From Octopus sinensis (lineage: Eukaryota), in assembly GCF_006345805.1 (NCBI RefSeq), contig NC_043000.1, positions 17,050,001-17,114,000 on the forward strand: a DNA stretch of 64,000 nt, read 5' to 3'. Below the pieces are notes generated by a model. The model made no database searches. It was not told the origin of the DNA and saw only the letters and a program-made list of their open reading frames with translations. This document shows positions 1 to 11,174 of the stretch, one piece after another. Both the position numbers and the translations under genes were made by a program. Positions within the stretch are counted from its first letter, which is position 1. Each line of letters starts with the position of its first letter.

Positions 1-835
1 TAATAATCACAATTTAATAATCACATGTGGATGTGTGAGCATACTCGCAATCTTGATCATACAAACATTCATACAAGCTTAAAGGGAAAAACTTGTATAC
101 AAAAAACATGGGGAACAGACCCTCCCAGACTCTCTCTCTCATACACACACATGTATATATACATAATACAAATCTTCATCTGTATCAAATTAGACCGAAT
201 TGAAAATACGTATCGACATATACACTCGAGCCCCAACTCCGCCACACACATATATCTATAAAATGTAAAAAACAAAACACACCCAGAAATATAAACGAGC
301 AAGCTACAAAACACACAGCATTTTGTATCCCTCCCCGTCACACCAAAGTAACAAATATCTCTAGAATGTCAACTACTTAAGATCACAAAGATCTATCTAG
401 CAGACTTTCCATATATTGTATATATGGTGCTGAACTGCAAAATACCAAAAAACCCAAAATGTAAATTAGAAAGCCAAAACAGCTTTCAAAGAGAAATTAG
501 CGAGGAGTTAATTAATTACTTATACTCTAATCATCTGATTCATTATCATTTTCATTATAAAGTAAAAAAATAAAAAACAAAACTTAAGATACTAAAAAAA
601 AAACACGCATTTCTTTTGGTTGTTGTTGTTGTTACTTTTTTTAACTATTAATAATTATTCGTGTTTTACTGATGATGCAATTAAGTTTTTCAAAGAACAG
701 CAGACAAACATTCCACTGCAGTTCATACCATGCTTTATATGACACCAACTGCATGCAATGTTAGAATTCATTCCACCTTTAAAGCTTTGGCTTGTTTCAT
801 GTTTCCTGCTTTACTGGAATTATTATTATTTTTGT

Positions 836-1219
836 GGAGGCGCAATGACCCAGTGGTTAGGGCAGCGGACTCGCGGTCGTAGGATCGCGGTTTCGATTCC
901 CAGACCGGGCGTTGTGAGTGTTTATTGAGCGAAAACACCTAAAAGTTCCACGAGGCTCCGGCAGGGGATGGTGGTGATCCCTGCTGTACTCTTTCACCAC
1001 AACTTTCTCTCACTCTTACTTCCTGTTTCTGTTGTACCTGTATTTCAAGGGGCCGGCCTTGTCACTCTCTGTGTCACGCTGAATATCCCCGAGAACTACG
1101 TTAAGGGTACACGTGTCTGTGGAGTGCTCAGCCCCTTACACGTTAATTTCACGAGCAGGCTGTTCCGTTGATCGGATCAACCGGAACCCTCGTCGTCGTA
1201 ACCGACGGAGTGCTTCCAC
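836..1219 (+). mobile_element. tRNA-derived SINE, family A (tRNA head + tail A)
   Basis: Head GGAGGCGCAATGACCCAGTGGTTAGGGCAGCGG...GGTTTCGATTCCC with Pol III A/B boxes; 12-bp TSD ATTATTATTTTT (822-833, 1220-1231); near-identical copies elsewhere in the window. Confidence 0.9.
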
Positions 1220-1451
1220 ATTATTATTTTTATATTGCTTGTTTGTTTTAACTGATGTTAGCTGACATAACTGAGGCGTAGGTGTTATATGGGGAATATA
1301 GGAATGTCTAATCCTGTATTCCTATAGTTTACGATACAGAGGTGATGAGAGTGAGTTGATAGTATAAAGAGAGTGGTGAGATGGCAATGTAAGGGTGGTG
1401 ACATATAAAGGTTAATCATGCAGAAGTGGTGTTGAGATTGTATCATCTATA

Positions 1452-1808
1452 CAGCATGGCTGTGGTAAGAAGCTCGTTTTTCAACCTTATGATTCCAGGT
1501 TCAGTCCCACTACATGGCACATTGGGCAAGTGTCTTCTACTATAGCCCTGGGCCAACTAAAGTCCTGTGAGTGGATCTGGTAGGCGGAAACCGAAAGAAG
1601 CCCATCGTATATATGCATATATATCTATGTGTGTGTGTGTGTGTCTTTGTGTCTGTATTTGTCCCTCCCATCCCCACTTGACAACTAGTGTTGATGCATT
1701 TACGTCCCGGCAACTTAGCAGTTCAGCAAAAGAGACCGACAGAATAAGAATTAAGCTCAAAAAAAGTCCTGGGTTCAATTTGTTTGACTAAAACCTTACA
1801 AGGCAGTC
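1452..1808 (+). mobile_element. CORE-like tRNA-derived SINE, diverged copy
   Basis: GGTTCAGTCCCACT B-box, TTGGGCAAGTGTCTTCTACTATAGC central domain, internal (TG)n; about 12 copies in the window. Confidence 0.8.
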
Positions 1809-2659
1809 GAACAACAAACAAGAAAAGAGTGTGTGTGTGTGTGTGTATATGTATAGATAGATATAAATAGATAGAGATATAGATACAGACAGACAGACAG
1901 ACAGACAGGTAAAGATATGGTGCTGCTGCAATGGTACTACAGCAAAGAGTGATGATTCCATAGTTTAATGGTGGTGTTGTGGTGGTGGTAGTAAACAGTA
2001 GATGGTATTAAAAGGGTAGTAAAAGCATCGATGGTAGTTTTGTTGAAGTAGCATATAATGATGGTGCATAATGGTAACATAGCAATAGTGCTTTTGCCTT
2101 CAACAGAAACTTAATACCACCATAAAACACCAGATATGTTCAGACATCTCCAGCTTTGTTGCTTCTCGTCTGATCAAAGATTTTCTAAGTTTGTGGAAGG
2201 CAACTATTTACAAGTCAACTTCCATTACTGAAATTAAGAATCTCCCTGGTTAGACAACATCTCTTCTTTATTGGCAGACTTAATCTGTCATCAATTTAAG
2301 CTTTTTATTGCAAAAAATCAGGTATATCCACCCAAAATTTCATTACTCCCTTACTGCAGGAATCAGATACGTCCTCTCAAAATTCCACAACTCTTAACTA
2401 CAGAAAACAGTTTCATATACCAATCTATCTTTTGTTGAGGAATGGCATGTTTGGAACCATTTTTTCGTTGAGACATATCAAGTTTATTGAGGCAACGTGA
2501 CTTGTAGAAAATACCAATTTGTGGCAGATATTTACATCATTACTGAAATAACCATGGAATTTAATTTCACAGTTAAAGGGGTTAATAGTGCCACTTGCAT
2601 TTGTGTACCTTTGGTGACATCCACTCTGTTGCAAACATTTAAATTAGTTCTCCACTTTG

Positions 2660-2805
2660 AGGATGCGTTCACCACTGGAATAAGGAGTGGTTGGAGATCA
2701 CGCAGTCGTTAGCCTCAAATCGCCAGGTCTGGTCGACGTTTGTGAGAGATGCAGCATTGAGGATGAATGAAGCCAGCTCAACCCAGATACTCAATAAGTT
2801 CCTCT
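2660..2805 (+). pseudogene. RTE-clade LINE ORF C-terminal fragment
   Basis: Translates HHWNKEWLEITQSLASNRQVWSTFVRDAALRMNEASST, resembling the W..W....QDLA..R..W...VRD C-terminus of RTE proteins. Confidence 0.6.
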
Positions 2806-3021
2806 GTTACCACAATCAGTTTTGGAGTGCAATCCTTCTCCTGACAAAGCCACAGGAAGGGAAAAGAAGGACTGTGGATGGATCATTTTGCTTCCCTTTT
2901 GCAAACCCCACTGTGGTAAGGTTCACAAAAGGAAAGCATGCAACACTATTCACGCCAGAGGATAACATGTCCCACAATAAAGGGAATGAGCATGACTGAT
3001 TACAACACTGATTTAGTAGTA

Positions 3022-3403
3022 GGAGCACTCCGTCGGTTGCGACGATGAGGGTTCTGGTTGATACGATCAACGGAACAGCTTGCTCCTGAAATTAACGTGC
3101 AAATAGCTGAGCACTCCACAGACACGTGTACCCTTAACGTAGTTCTCGAGGAGATTCAGCGTGACACAGAGTGTGACAAGGCTGGCCCTTTGAAATACAG
3201 GTACAAGAAAAACAGGAAGAAAGAGCGAGAGAAAATTGTGGTGAAAGAGTACAGCAGGGTTCACCACCATCCCCTGCCGGAGCCTCGTGGAACTTTTTAG
3301 GTGTTTTCGCTCAATAAACACTCACAACGCCCGGTCTGGGAATCGAAACCACGATCCTATGACCGCGAGTCCGCTGCCCTAACCACTGGGTCATTGCGCC
3401 TCC
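3022..3403 (-). mobile_element. tRNA-derived SINE, family A
   Basis: Reverse complement of the 836-1219 element; 14-bp TSD ACAACACTGATTTA (3002-3015, 3406-3419). Confidence 0.92.
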
Positions 3404-4217
3404 ACACAACACTGATTTACATAAAGTATGTCAAGAAATTAGCTTCACTTAACACTTTCTTTGTCCTGTGTATCACAGTTAATACACAAGACGTATTTCC
3501 CTAGCATCCAAGGAGCATATAGTATACACATTCCCCATTCTTTTTCCCCCGTCACTAGAGTAACTTGAGACTTACAAAAGGAAAGCTTTATATTATGAGA
3601 ACATATGAAACAATGGCTAAAAGTCTGAAAACAAACAGACATTCAGGTCAAACTTATGAAAATGCTTTGGACAGGCAAAGGGTTAGGTAGAACTGCAACA
3701 ATGACTTATGGGTCATGGTCATTGCCATTTAATCATGGATTAGATGGTTTGATAAGATCTGACAGGCCTAAAAGACTGCATCGCGCTTGAGTCTACATTG
3801 GCATAGCTTCTACAGCTGGATGCCCTTCCTAATGCCAACCACTTCACAGTGTGCACTGGGTGCATTTTGTGTGCCATCAGCACAAGTGATGGTTGACATG
3901 CAGCTTGCAAGATGATGAACACAAATTTTTAAGGGGAGGGGAGTACAGGTAATCGAGTCAATTCCTAGCATATTAAAGGTACATAATTTATTAAATCAGA
4001 ATAGCAAAACATTCAACATTTTGTATTTGAAACATAGAAATAATATGGTTAAAAACTTCAAAATATATTTGGTCTTGTATTCAATTATTTCTATTATTGC
4101 ATGACCCTAAGATTTCACAAAAACCAGAACTGAAACTATTTTGATATCATCAAACTGAGAGTTTTGTTATATTTACTATTTTGTACCCATCTTTCAGTAT
4201 CTGTAGTAAGTGGGATA

Positions 4218-4218
<1 letters not shown>

Positions 4219-4280
<62 letters not shown>
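4219..4280. repeat. (AT)n microsatellite
   Basis: About 31 uninterrupted AT units. Confidence 0.95.
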
Positions 4281-4281
<1 letters not shown>

Positions 4282-4434
4282 CAAAAACTGTCCGATGAAC
4301 GGCAACAGGAAACTCAGAGTAACAGGTTTTGTTGAATTTTCTGCTGCTTTAAATAAAGCATATTACTCTACCACTGGTATTTGAGTACTCTTTTTTTCCA
4401 CCTTGTTTCACATTTATGTGTTTACTCCGGTGTG

Positions 4435-4466
<32 letters not shown>

Positions 4467-4579
4467 ATATATATACCGGAGTAAACACATAAATGTGAAA
4501 CAAGGTGGAAAAAAGAGTACTCAAATACCAGTGGTAGAGTAATATGCTTTATTTAAAGCAGCAGAAAATTCAACAAAAT

Positions 4580-4617
4580 CTGTTACTCTGAGTTTCTCGT
4601 TGCCGTTCATCAGACAG
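4580..4617 (-). ncRNA. Minimal type I hammerhead ribozyme (F1, intact, minus strand)
   Basis: Reverse complement reads ctgtCTGATGAacggcaacgaGAAActcagagTAacag, identical to 4849-4886. Confidence 0.8.
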
Positions 4618-4848
4618 TTTTTGCTAGAATGGAACCGATATATCAATTCAATCTAGACTTTTACAAACGCGACACCTTTAAAAAGAAATGGACTTGTTTG
4701 ATTGGCCCTTTTTTGACCTTTTTGTTTATCGCTCGAAGATTGACCGTTTTTTCTAAAGGGGCAATCAAACAAGTCCATTTCTTTTTAAAGGTGTAGCGTT
4801 TGTAAGAGTCTAGATTGAATTGATATATCGGTTCCATTCTAGCAAAAA

Positions 4849-4886
4849 CTGTCTGATGAACGGCAACGAGAAACTCAGAGTAACAG
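4849..4886 (+). ncRNA. Minimal type I hammerhead ribozyme (F1, intact)
   Basis: ctgt-CTGATGA-a cggcaacg a-GAAA-ctcagag-TA-acag; stem I CTGT/ACAG; stem III ACTC/GAGT; GUA site. Confidence 0.8.
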
Positions 4887-4950
4887 ATTTTGTTGAATTT
4901 TCTGCTGCTTTAAATAAAGTAGATATATACACATATATATATATATATAT

Positions 4951-5240
4951 GAGGCGCAATGGCCTAGTGGTTAGGGCAGCAGGATCGCGGTTTCGATTCC
5001 CAGACCGGGCGTTGTGAGTGTTTATTGAGCGAAAACACCTAAAGCTCCACGAGGCTCTGGCAAGGGGTGGTGGCGATCCCTGCTGTACTCTTTCGCCACA
5101 ACTTTCTCTCACTCTTTCTTCTGTTGGCCTGCTTGCTTAGCCAGCGGGGTGGCATCATTTGAAGGCTAAAACAATGCGAAGCGCATTGTGACTAGCGATG
5201 TGTAACAACATCTGATGGCCTGGTCGGTCACGGTGATATA
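4951..5240 (+). mobile_element. tRNA-derived SINE, family B (same head as A, different tail)
   Basis: Head matches family A up to ACTTTCTCTCACTCT, then a tail ending CATCTGATGGCCTGGTCGGTCACG and (TA)n. Confidence 0.85.
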
Positions 5241-5440
5241 TATATATAGCAAATAAGAAAATGGAGGAGAACAATAGGTGGTTCATCAACTTTTGGACAT
5301 TAAAATGTTAACTTATTTATAAACTGATAATTATAATAATATACATACATATAGCATATTATTCTTTACATAAAGATATAAAATATAGTAATATATAAGG
5401 ATACCAGCAATTATTATAAAAAAACATGAATATATATATA

Positions 5441-5730
5441 TATCACGTGATCGACCAGACCATCAGATGTAGTTACACATCACTGGTCACAATGCGTTCG
5501 CATTGTTTTAGCCTTCGAATGACGCCACCCCGCTGGCTAAGCGAGCAGGCCGACAGAAGAAAGAGTGGTGAAAGAGTACAGCAGGGATCACCACCATCCC
5601 CTGCCGGAGTCTCGTGGAGCTTTTAGATGTTTTCGCTCAATAAACACTCACAACGCCCGGTCTGGGAATCGAAACTGCGATCCTGCAACTGCGAATCCGC
5701 TGCCCTAACCACTAGGCCATTGCGCCTCCA
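5441..5730 (-). mobile_element. tRNA-derived SINE, family B
   Basis: Reverse-complement copy of 4951-5240. Confidence 0.85.
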
Positions 5731-5841
5731 CACACACATATATATATATATATATGTAGGTCCCGGGTTGATTCGGGGTTAACCACAGTAAATAAGGTAC
5801 TCAATACATAGCAGAGTAAAATTAATTTATTATATAGAAGG

Positions 5842-5892
5842 AGCTTCTACAGGACTAGAACTGTTTCATTCAAGAGAAATCTTCAGGAAGCT
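5842..5892 (-). ncRNA. Type I hammerhead ribozyme (F2)
   Basis: Reverse complement AGCTTC-CTGAAGA-tttctcttgaat-GAAA-cagttctagtcctg-TA-GAAGCT; 6-bp stem I; stem III ACAG/CTGT; GUA site. Confidence 0.85.
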
Positions 5893-6252
5893 AGTTAACA
5901 AGAATTGTATTGGCATTTATACATTTAGGCAGGTTTAAAGGGGTGGTGGTGGGGGACTTTTTGGGAGTAGGCATAGCGCAAAATACCATACTTGGGGGAG
6001 TGGTCAAGGAGTCAGTGGTAAATTAGATAAAAGAATAAATAAAAAAAAAAATTTTTTTTAAATAATAATAAAAAAAAATATATAAAAAAGAATAGAGTTT
6101 TAGGTAAATAAGGAGATTCTCACTTATACCTATACACATATGTATACATATATACACACACATACATACATATATACATACACACACACACATATACATA
6201 TATATACACATACATATACATATCTACACATACACATATATATATATACATA

Positions 6253-6611
6253 CAAATACAGACCCATTCCCTAATTTTAATTTTATTATCTTCATTTATT
6301 ACTTTTGTTATCTTTGACCGCTGGTCCCAAGGATCTTGGCTATGACAGCAAGTCCATTTATCTGTCTACTTGAAAACAAGCACTCATTCACGCACGCACA
6401 CTCATTAGCACGTACACTCACTCATTCGTACACTCACACATACACGCACGCACGCGTTATATTCATACATACATACATCTACATAATTCACGTATATACA
6501 CATACGTACGCGTACCTACAGATTCATGTCTACACTCTTAGAAGGCTAGTCTATACATATACACCAATAATATATATATATACACACATACACCTACACC
6601 TACATACAAAT

Positions 6612-6654
<43 letters not shown>

Positions 6655-6843
6655 CATATATATACACACATATGTACATATATATACAAATATATATACA
6701 CACATATATATACACACATACACATACATACATATATACACACATACACATACATACGTATACATACATACATACATCCATACATACATACATTTATACA
6801 CATACACATACACACACATATATACATACACATATATATATAT

Positions 6844-6888
<45 letters not shown>

Positions 6889-7480
6889 TATATATACATA
6901 TGTGTACCTATACATACTACACAACACACAATATATATACATACAAATACAGACCCATTCCCTAATTTTAATTTATTATCTTCATTTATTACTTTTGTTA
7001 TCTTTGACCGCTGGTCCCAAGGATCTTGGCTATGACAGCAAGTCCATTTATCTGTCTACTTGAAAACAAGCACTCATTCACGCACGCACACTCATTAGCA
7101 CGTACACTCATACACATACACGCACGCACGCGTTATATTCATACATACATACATCTACATACATTCACGTATATACACATACGTACGCGTACCTACAGAT
7201 TCATGTCTACACTCTTAGAAGGCTAGTCTATACATATACACCAAATATATATATATACACACATACATATACGCCTACATACAAATACACACATATATAT
7301 ATATATATACATACATATATATACACACATATATACATATATATATATATATACACAAATATATATACACATATATATACACACATACACATACATACAT
7401 ATACACACATACACATACATACGTATACATACATACATACATCTATACATTTATACACATACACCACCCATTATATATAT
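6253..7480. repeat. ~690-bp tandem duplication inside the PLE 3' region
   Basis: Unique block ACAAATACAGACCCATTCCCTAATTTT...GCTATGACAGCAAGTCC starts at ~6253 and again at ~6943. Confidence 0.85.
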
Positions 7481-7854
7481 ATATATACACACACATACAT
7501 ACATTACATACATATACAAATATACGCACACACATATACACATACACGCACATACACATGTACATGCGTACCCATACACACACACACACACGCGTGCATC
7601 CATATATACACACACACACACATACATGTGTGCAAACATACATACATACTCATACACGCACACACACTTACATATACATATATGCACACACTTACACACA
7701 TATATACATACACATATACATACATACATACATATATGCATACATACACACACACATATATATATATACATACATACACATACACATACCTATACATATA
7801 TATACACACATATATATACACATGCACATACTTATATCTCTACATACTCGCATA

Positions 7855-7893
<39 letters not shown>

Positions 7894-8179
7894 TACACAC
7901 ACACATACATACACCTATATACATGTATATATACACACACATATATATATACACATCTACAATTTGTATCTACACTCACATACATGCACATACACATAAC
8001 TCTACATACCTACATATACATCGACATACTCGCGTACACTCATATATATACACATATCTACATATACACACACACATACATATACATATACATATACACA
8101 TATATATATATATACATAATACACATATACACACACATATACATATACATATACATATACACATATATATATATATTTT

Positions 8180-8219
<40 letters not shown>

Positions 8220-8380
8220 ATACATGCGTATATTCCTACTATACCCATACATTTCTATACATATATACGATACACATATACAAGCGTGCACATACAATAT
8301 GTGAAAGGTCTTAGGAGAAAAGGTAATCGGGGGTGCTAGGGGAACGGTGGGATTGGGGGGGTTTTGTGGGTGGGGTGTCA

Positions 8381-8740
8381 TCAATCTGGTTGCCGGGTAG
8401 GTCTATAGTTCTTGTAGTTCGCATACTTCTTATGCATGCAATTTGGGGAGTGTTCTGAGAATTTGTTAAGGAGAGGGCCTTTGGCGAACAAGATCTCTAG
8501 GCTCTCCGATATGCAGAGGTCACAGCAGGTATGGCCTCCTGTGTACGAGCGCGCCTTCTGTAGTAGTTTCCACTTGGTCTTGAAGGGGATTGAGTTCCTT
8601 TTAAGGTACCAGATGTGGGCGGCGAGGGTAGTTTGGTTGGATTTATCCTGTCGCCGGAACGAGTGTGTGTGTGCGTACCAACGGGTCTTAAAGCTGTTTG
8701 ACGTCATTCCGATGTAGGATTTTCTTTTATCGTCAGGGCC
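8381..8740 (-). pseudogene. GIY-YIG endonuclease C-terminal half of a PLE ORF (Naiad-like, tentative)
   Basis: GPDDKRKSYIGMTSNSFKTRWYAHTHSF...TLAAHIWYLK...KWKLL...CDLCISE...LLNK...CMH then stop; YIG at 8708-8716; YIG, R, H and CxLCxxE motifs fit PLE endonucleases; upstream GIY part missing. Confidence 0.85.
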
Positions 8741-8822
8741 CTATTCACAGGCCTCTCCGGTGGTCTTTACCGCGATGACGGCCTTTTCGCCCTCCACAAA
8801 ATAAACCCCAGGACCACGGATG
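8741..8822 (+). pseudogene. Inverted PLE reverse-transcriptase fragment with catalytic YRDDGL
   Basis: Translates LFTGLSGGLYRDDGLFALHKINPRTTD; YRDD at 8768-8779. Confidence 0.75.
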
Positions 8823-9189
8823 CATATGTATGTGTATATGTATGTGTGTATGTATGTGTATGTATGTATAAAATATTATATAATTAGGGCTTAGTAAAAT
8901 AAATTACTTTGCCACATACTGAACTTTCTAGAAATAGCAGCCAAAAAAGTTTTTTAGCCTCTTCCACTACTTAGAGAATATTTTCCCTCAGACATTGTTT
9001 ACTCAAAATAATAATGGTCCTTTTACATACTAAATACTTGGTGAAATTGATTAATAACTAATTAACTTTACCCTCAATTGTTGATATATGTATGTGTGTG
9101 TATATATATGTATATGTGTATATATATATGTACATGTATGTATATGTGTATGTATATATATGTGTATGTATGTATATATATATATTGTA

Positions 9190-9210
9190 TGTGTGGTGTG
9201 TGGTGTATAT

Positions 9211-9243
<33 letters not shown>

Positions 9244-10705
9244 ATATGTGTATTATGTATATTTATTTATATATATATATATATGTGTATATGTATATGT
9301 ATGTGTGTGTGTATATGTAGATATGTGTAATATATGAGTGTACGCGAGTATGTCGATGTATATGTAGGTATGTAGAGTTATGTGTATGTGCATGATGTGA
9401 GTGTAGATACAAATTGTAGATGTGTATATATGTGTGTGTATATATACATGTATATAGGTGTATGTATGTGTGTGTTATATATATATATATATATATATAT
9501 GAATATGCGAGTATGTAGAGATATAAGTATGTGCATGTGTATATATGTGTGTATATATATGTATAGGTATGTGTATGTGTATGTATGTATATATATATGT
9601 GTGTGTGTATGTATGCATATATGTATGTATGTATGTATATGTGTATGTATATATGTGTGTAAGTGTGTGCATATATGTATATGTAAGTGTGTGTGCGTGT
9701 ATGAGTATGTATATTTGCACACATGTATATGTGTGTGTGTGTGTATATATGGATGCGCGTGTGTGTGTGTGTGTATGGGTACGCATGCACATGTGTATGT
9801 GTGTGTATATGTGTATGTATGTATGTGTGTGCGTATATTTGTATATGTATGTATGTATATGTATGTATGTGTGTGTATATATATATATATATGGGTGTGT
9901 GTATGTGTATAAATGTATGTATGTATGTATACGTATGTATATGTATGTGTGTATATGTATGTATGTGTATGTGTGTATATATATGTGTGTATATATATTT
10001 GTGTGTATATATATATATATGTATATGTGTGTGTATATATATGTATGTATATATATATATATATATATGTGTGTGTATTTGTATGTAGGTGTATATGTAT
10101 GTGTGTATATATATATATTTATTGGTGTATATGTATAGACTAGCCTTCTAAGAGTGTAGACATGAATCTGTAGGTACGTGTACGTATGTGTATATACGTG
10201 AATGTATGTAGATGTATGTATGTATGAATATAACGCGTGCGTGCGTGTATGTGTATGAGTGTACGAATGAGTGAGTGTACGTGCTAATGAGTGTGCGTGC
10301 GTGAATGAGTGCTTGTTTTCAAGTAGACAGATAAATGGACTTGCTGTCATAGCCAAGATCCTTGGGGAGCCAGCGGGACCACGGTCAAAGATAACAAAAG
10401 TAATAAATGAAGATAATAAAATAAATTAAAATTGGGAATGGGTCTGTATTTGTATGTATATATATGTGTGTTGTGTAGGTATGTATAGGTACACATATGT
10501 ATATATATATATATTATATATGTATGTGTATGTATGTGTATGTTATATGTGTGTGTGTGTATATATGTGTATATAGGGACTAGTGTGCTGTGTTGCATGT
10601 GTGTATGTGTGTATGTATGTATATATATTTTTCTGTGTGTATATGTATGTGTGGTCGTTTGTGTATATATACATGTGTGTATACGTGTATGCATGTGAGT
10701 GAGTG

Positions 10706-10746
<41 letters not shown>

Positions 10747-11162
10747 ATGTGTAGATATGTATATGTATGTGTATGTGTATATATATGTATATGTGTGTGT
10801 GTGTATGTATGTGTGTATGTATATATGTATGTATGTGTGTGTATATATGTATGTATGTGTGTATATATATGTATACATATGTGTATAGGTATAAGTGAGA
10901 ATCTCCTTATTTACCTAAAACTCTATTCTTTTTTATATATATATTTTTTTTTTATTTATTCTTTTATCTAATTTACCACTGACTCCTTGACCACTCCCCC
11001 AAGTATGATATTTTGCGCTATGCCTACCCCCAAAAAGTCACCCACCACCACCCCTTTAAACCTGCCTAAATGTATAAATGCCAATACAATTCTTGTTAAC
11101 TAGCTTCCTGAAGATTTCTCTTGAATGAAAAAGTTCTAGTCCTGTAGAAGCTCCTTCTATAT
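9190..11162 (+). mobile_element. Second, oppositely oriented copy of the F2 PLE 3' region
   Basis: Unique islands (GTGTACGCGAGTATGTCGATG, GACTAGCCTTCTAAGAGTGTAGAC, GGACTTGCTGTCATAGCC, GAGAATCTCCTTATTTACC) are reverse complements of the left arm, in mirrored order. Confidence 0.85.
11102..11152 (+). ncRNA. Type I hammerhead ribozyme (F2), one stem III substitution
   Basis: AGCTTC-CTGAAGA-tttctcttgaat-GAAA-aagttctagtcctg-TA-GAAGCT; C15.2>A relative to the 5842-5892 copy. Confidence 0.7.
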
Positions 11163-11174
11163 ATATATTAATTA

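Larger units (their letters stand above)
4281..4918. mobile_element. PLE pseudo-LTR cluster (family F1), three nested inverted segments
   Basis: 4281-4430 (+) is the reverse complement of 4476-4625; ~4550-4712 is inverted relative to 4758-4918; each copy carries an HHR motif; flanked by (TA)n. Confidence 0.75.
5757..8741 (-). mobile_element. 5'-truncated Penelope-like element (family F2): GIY-YIG end, microsatellite-rich 3' region, terminal repeat with HHR
   Basis: GIY-YIG ORF fragment at 8381-8740; long TA/CA-mosaic 3' region; HHR at 5842-5892. Confidence 0.8.

Noticed and set aside
836-911. SINE heads as functional tRNA genes
   Set aside because: The acceptor stem is not closed and each head continues into a SINE body with TSDs
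968-1171. Recurrent ORF MVVIPAVLFHHNFLS... (also at 3067, 15105, 28855, 58396, 61146)
   Set aside because: It lies inside a Pol III SINE; recurrence reflects SINE copy number and the frames vary between copies
2100-2650. Coding-like composition on the minus strand
   Set aside because: Stops in all frames and no identifiable transposase or host motif
6336-10888. Many long ORFs (up to 293 aa) rich in Y/I/H/T or C/V/M/Y
   Set aside because: They are translations of TA/CA/TG microsatellites, which lack stop codons in some frames; not genes
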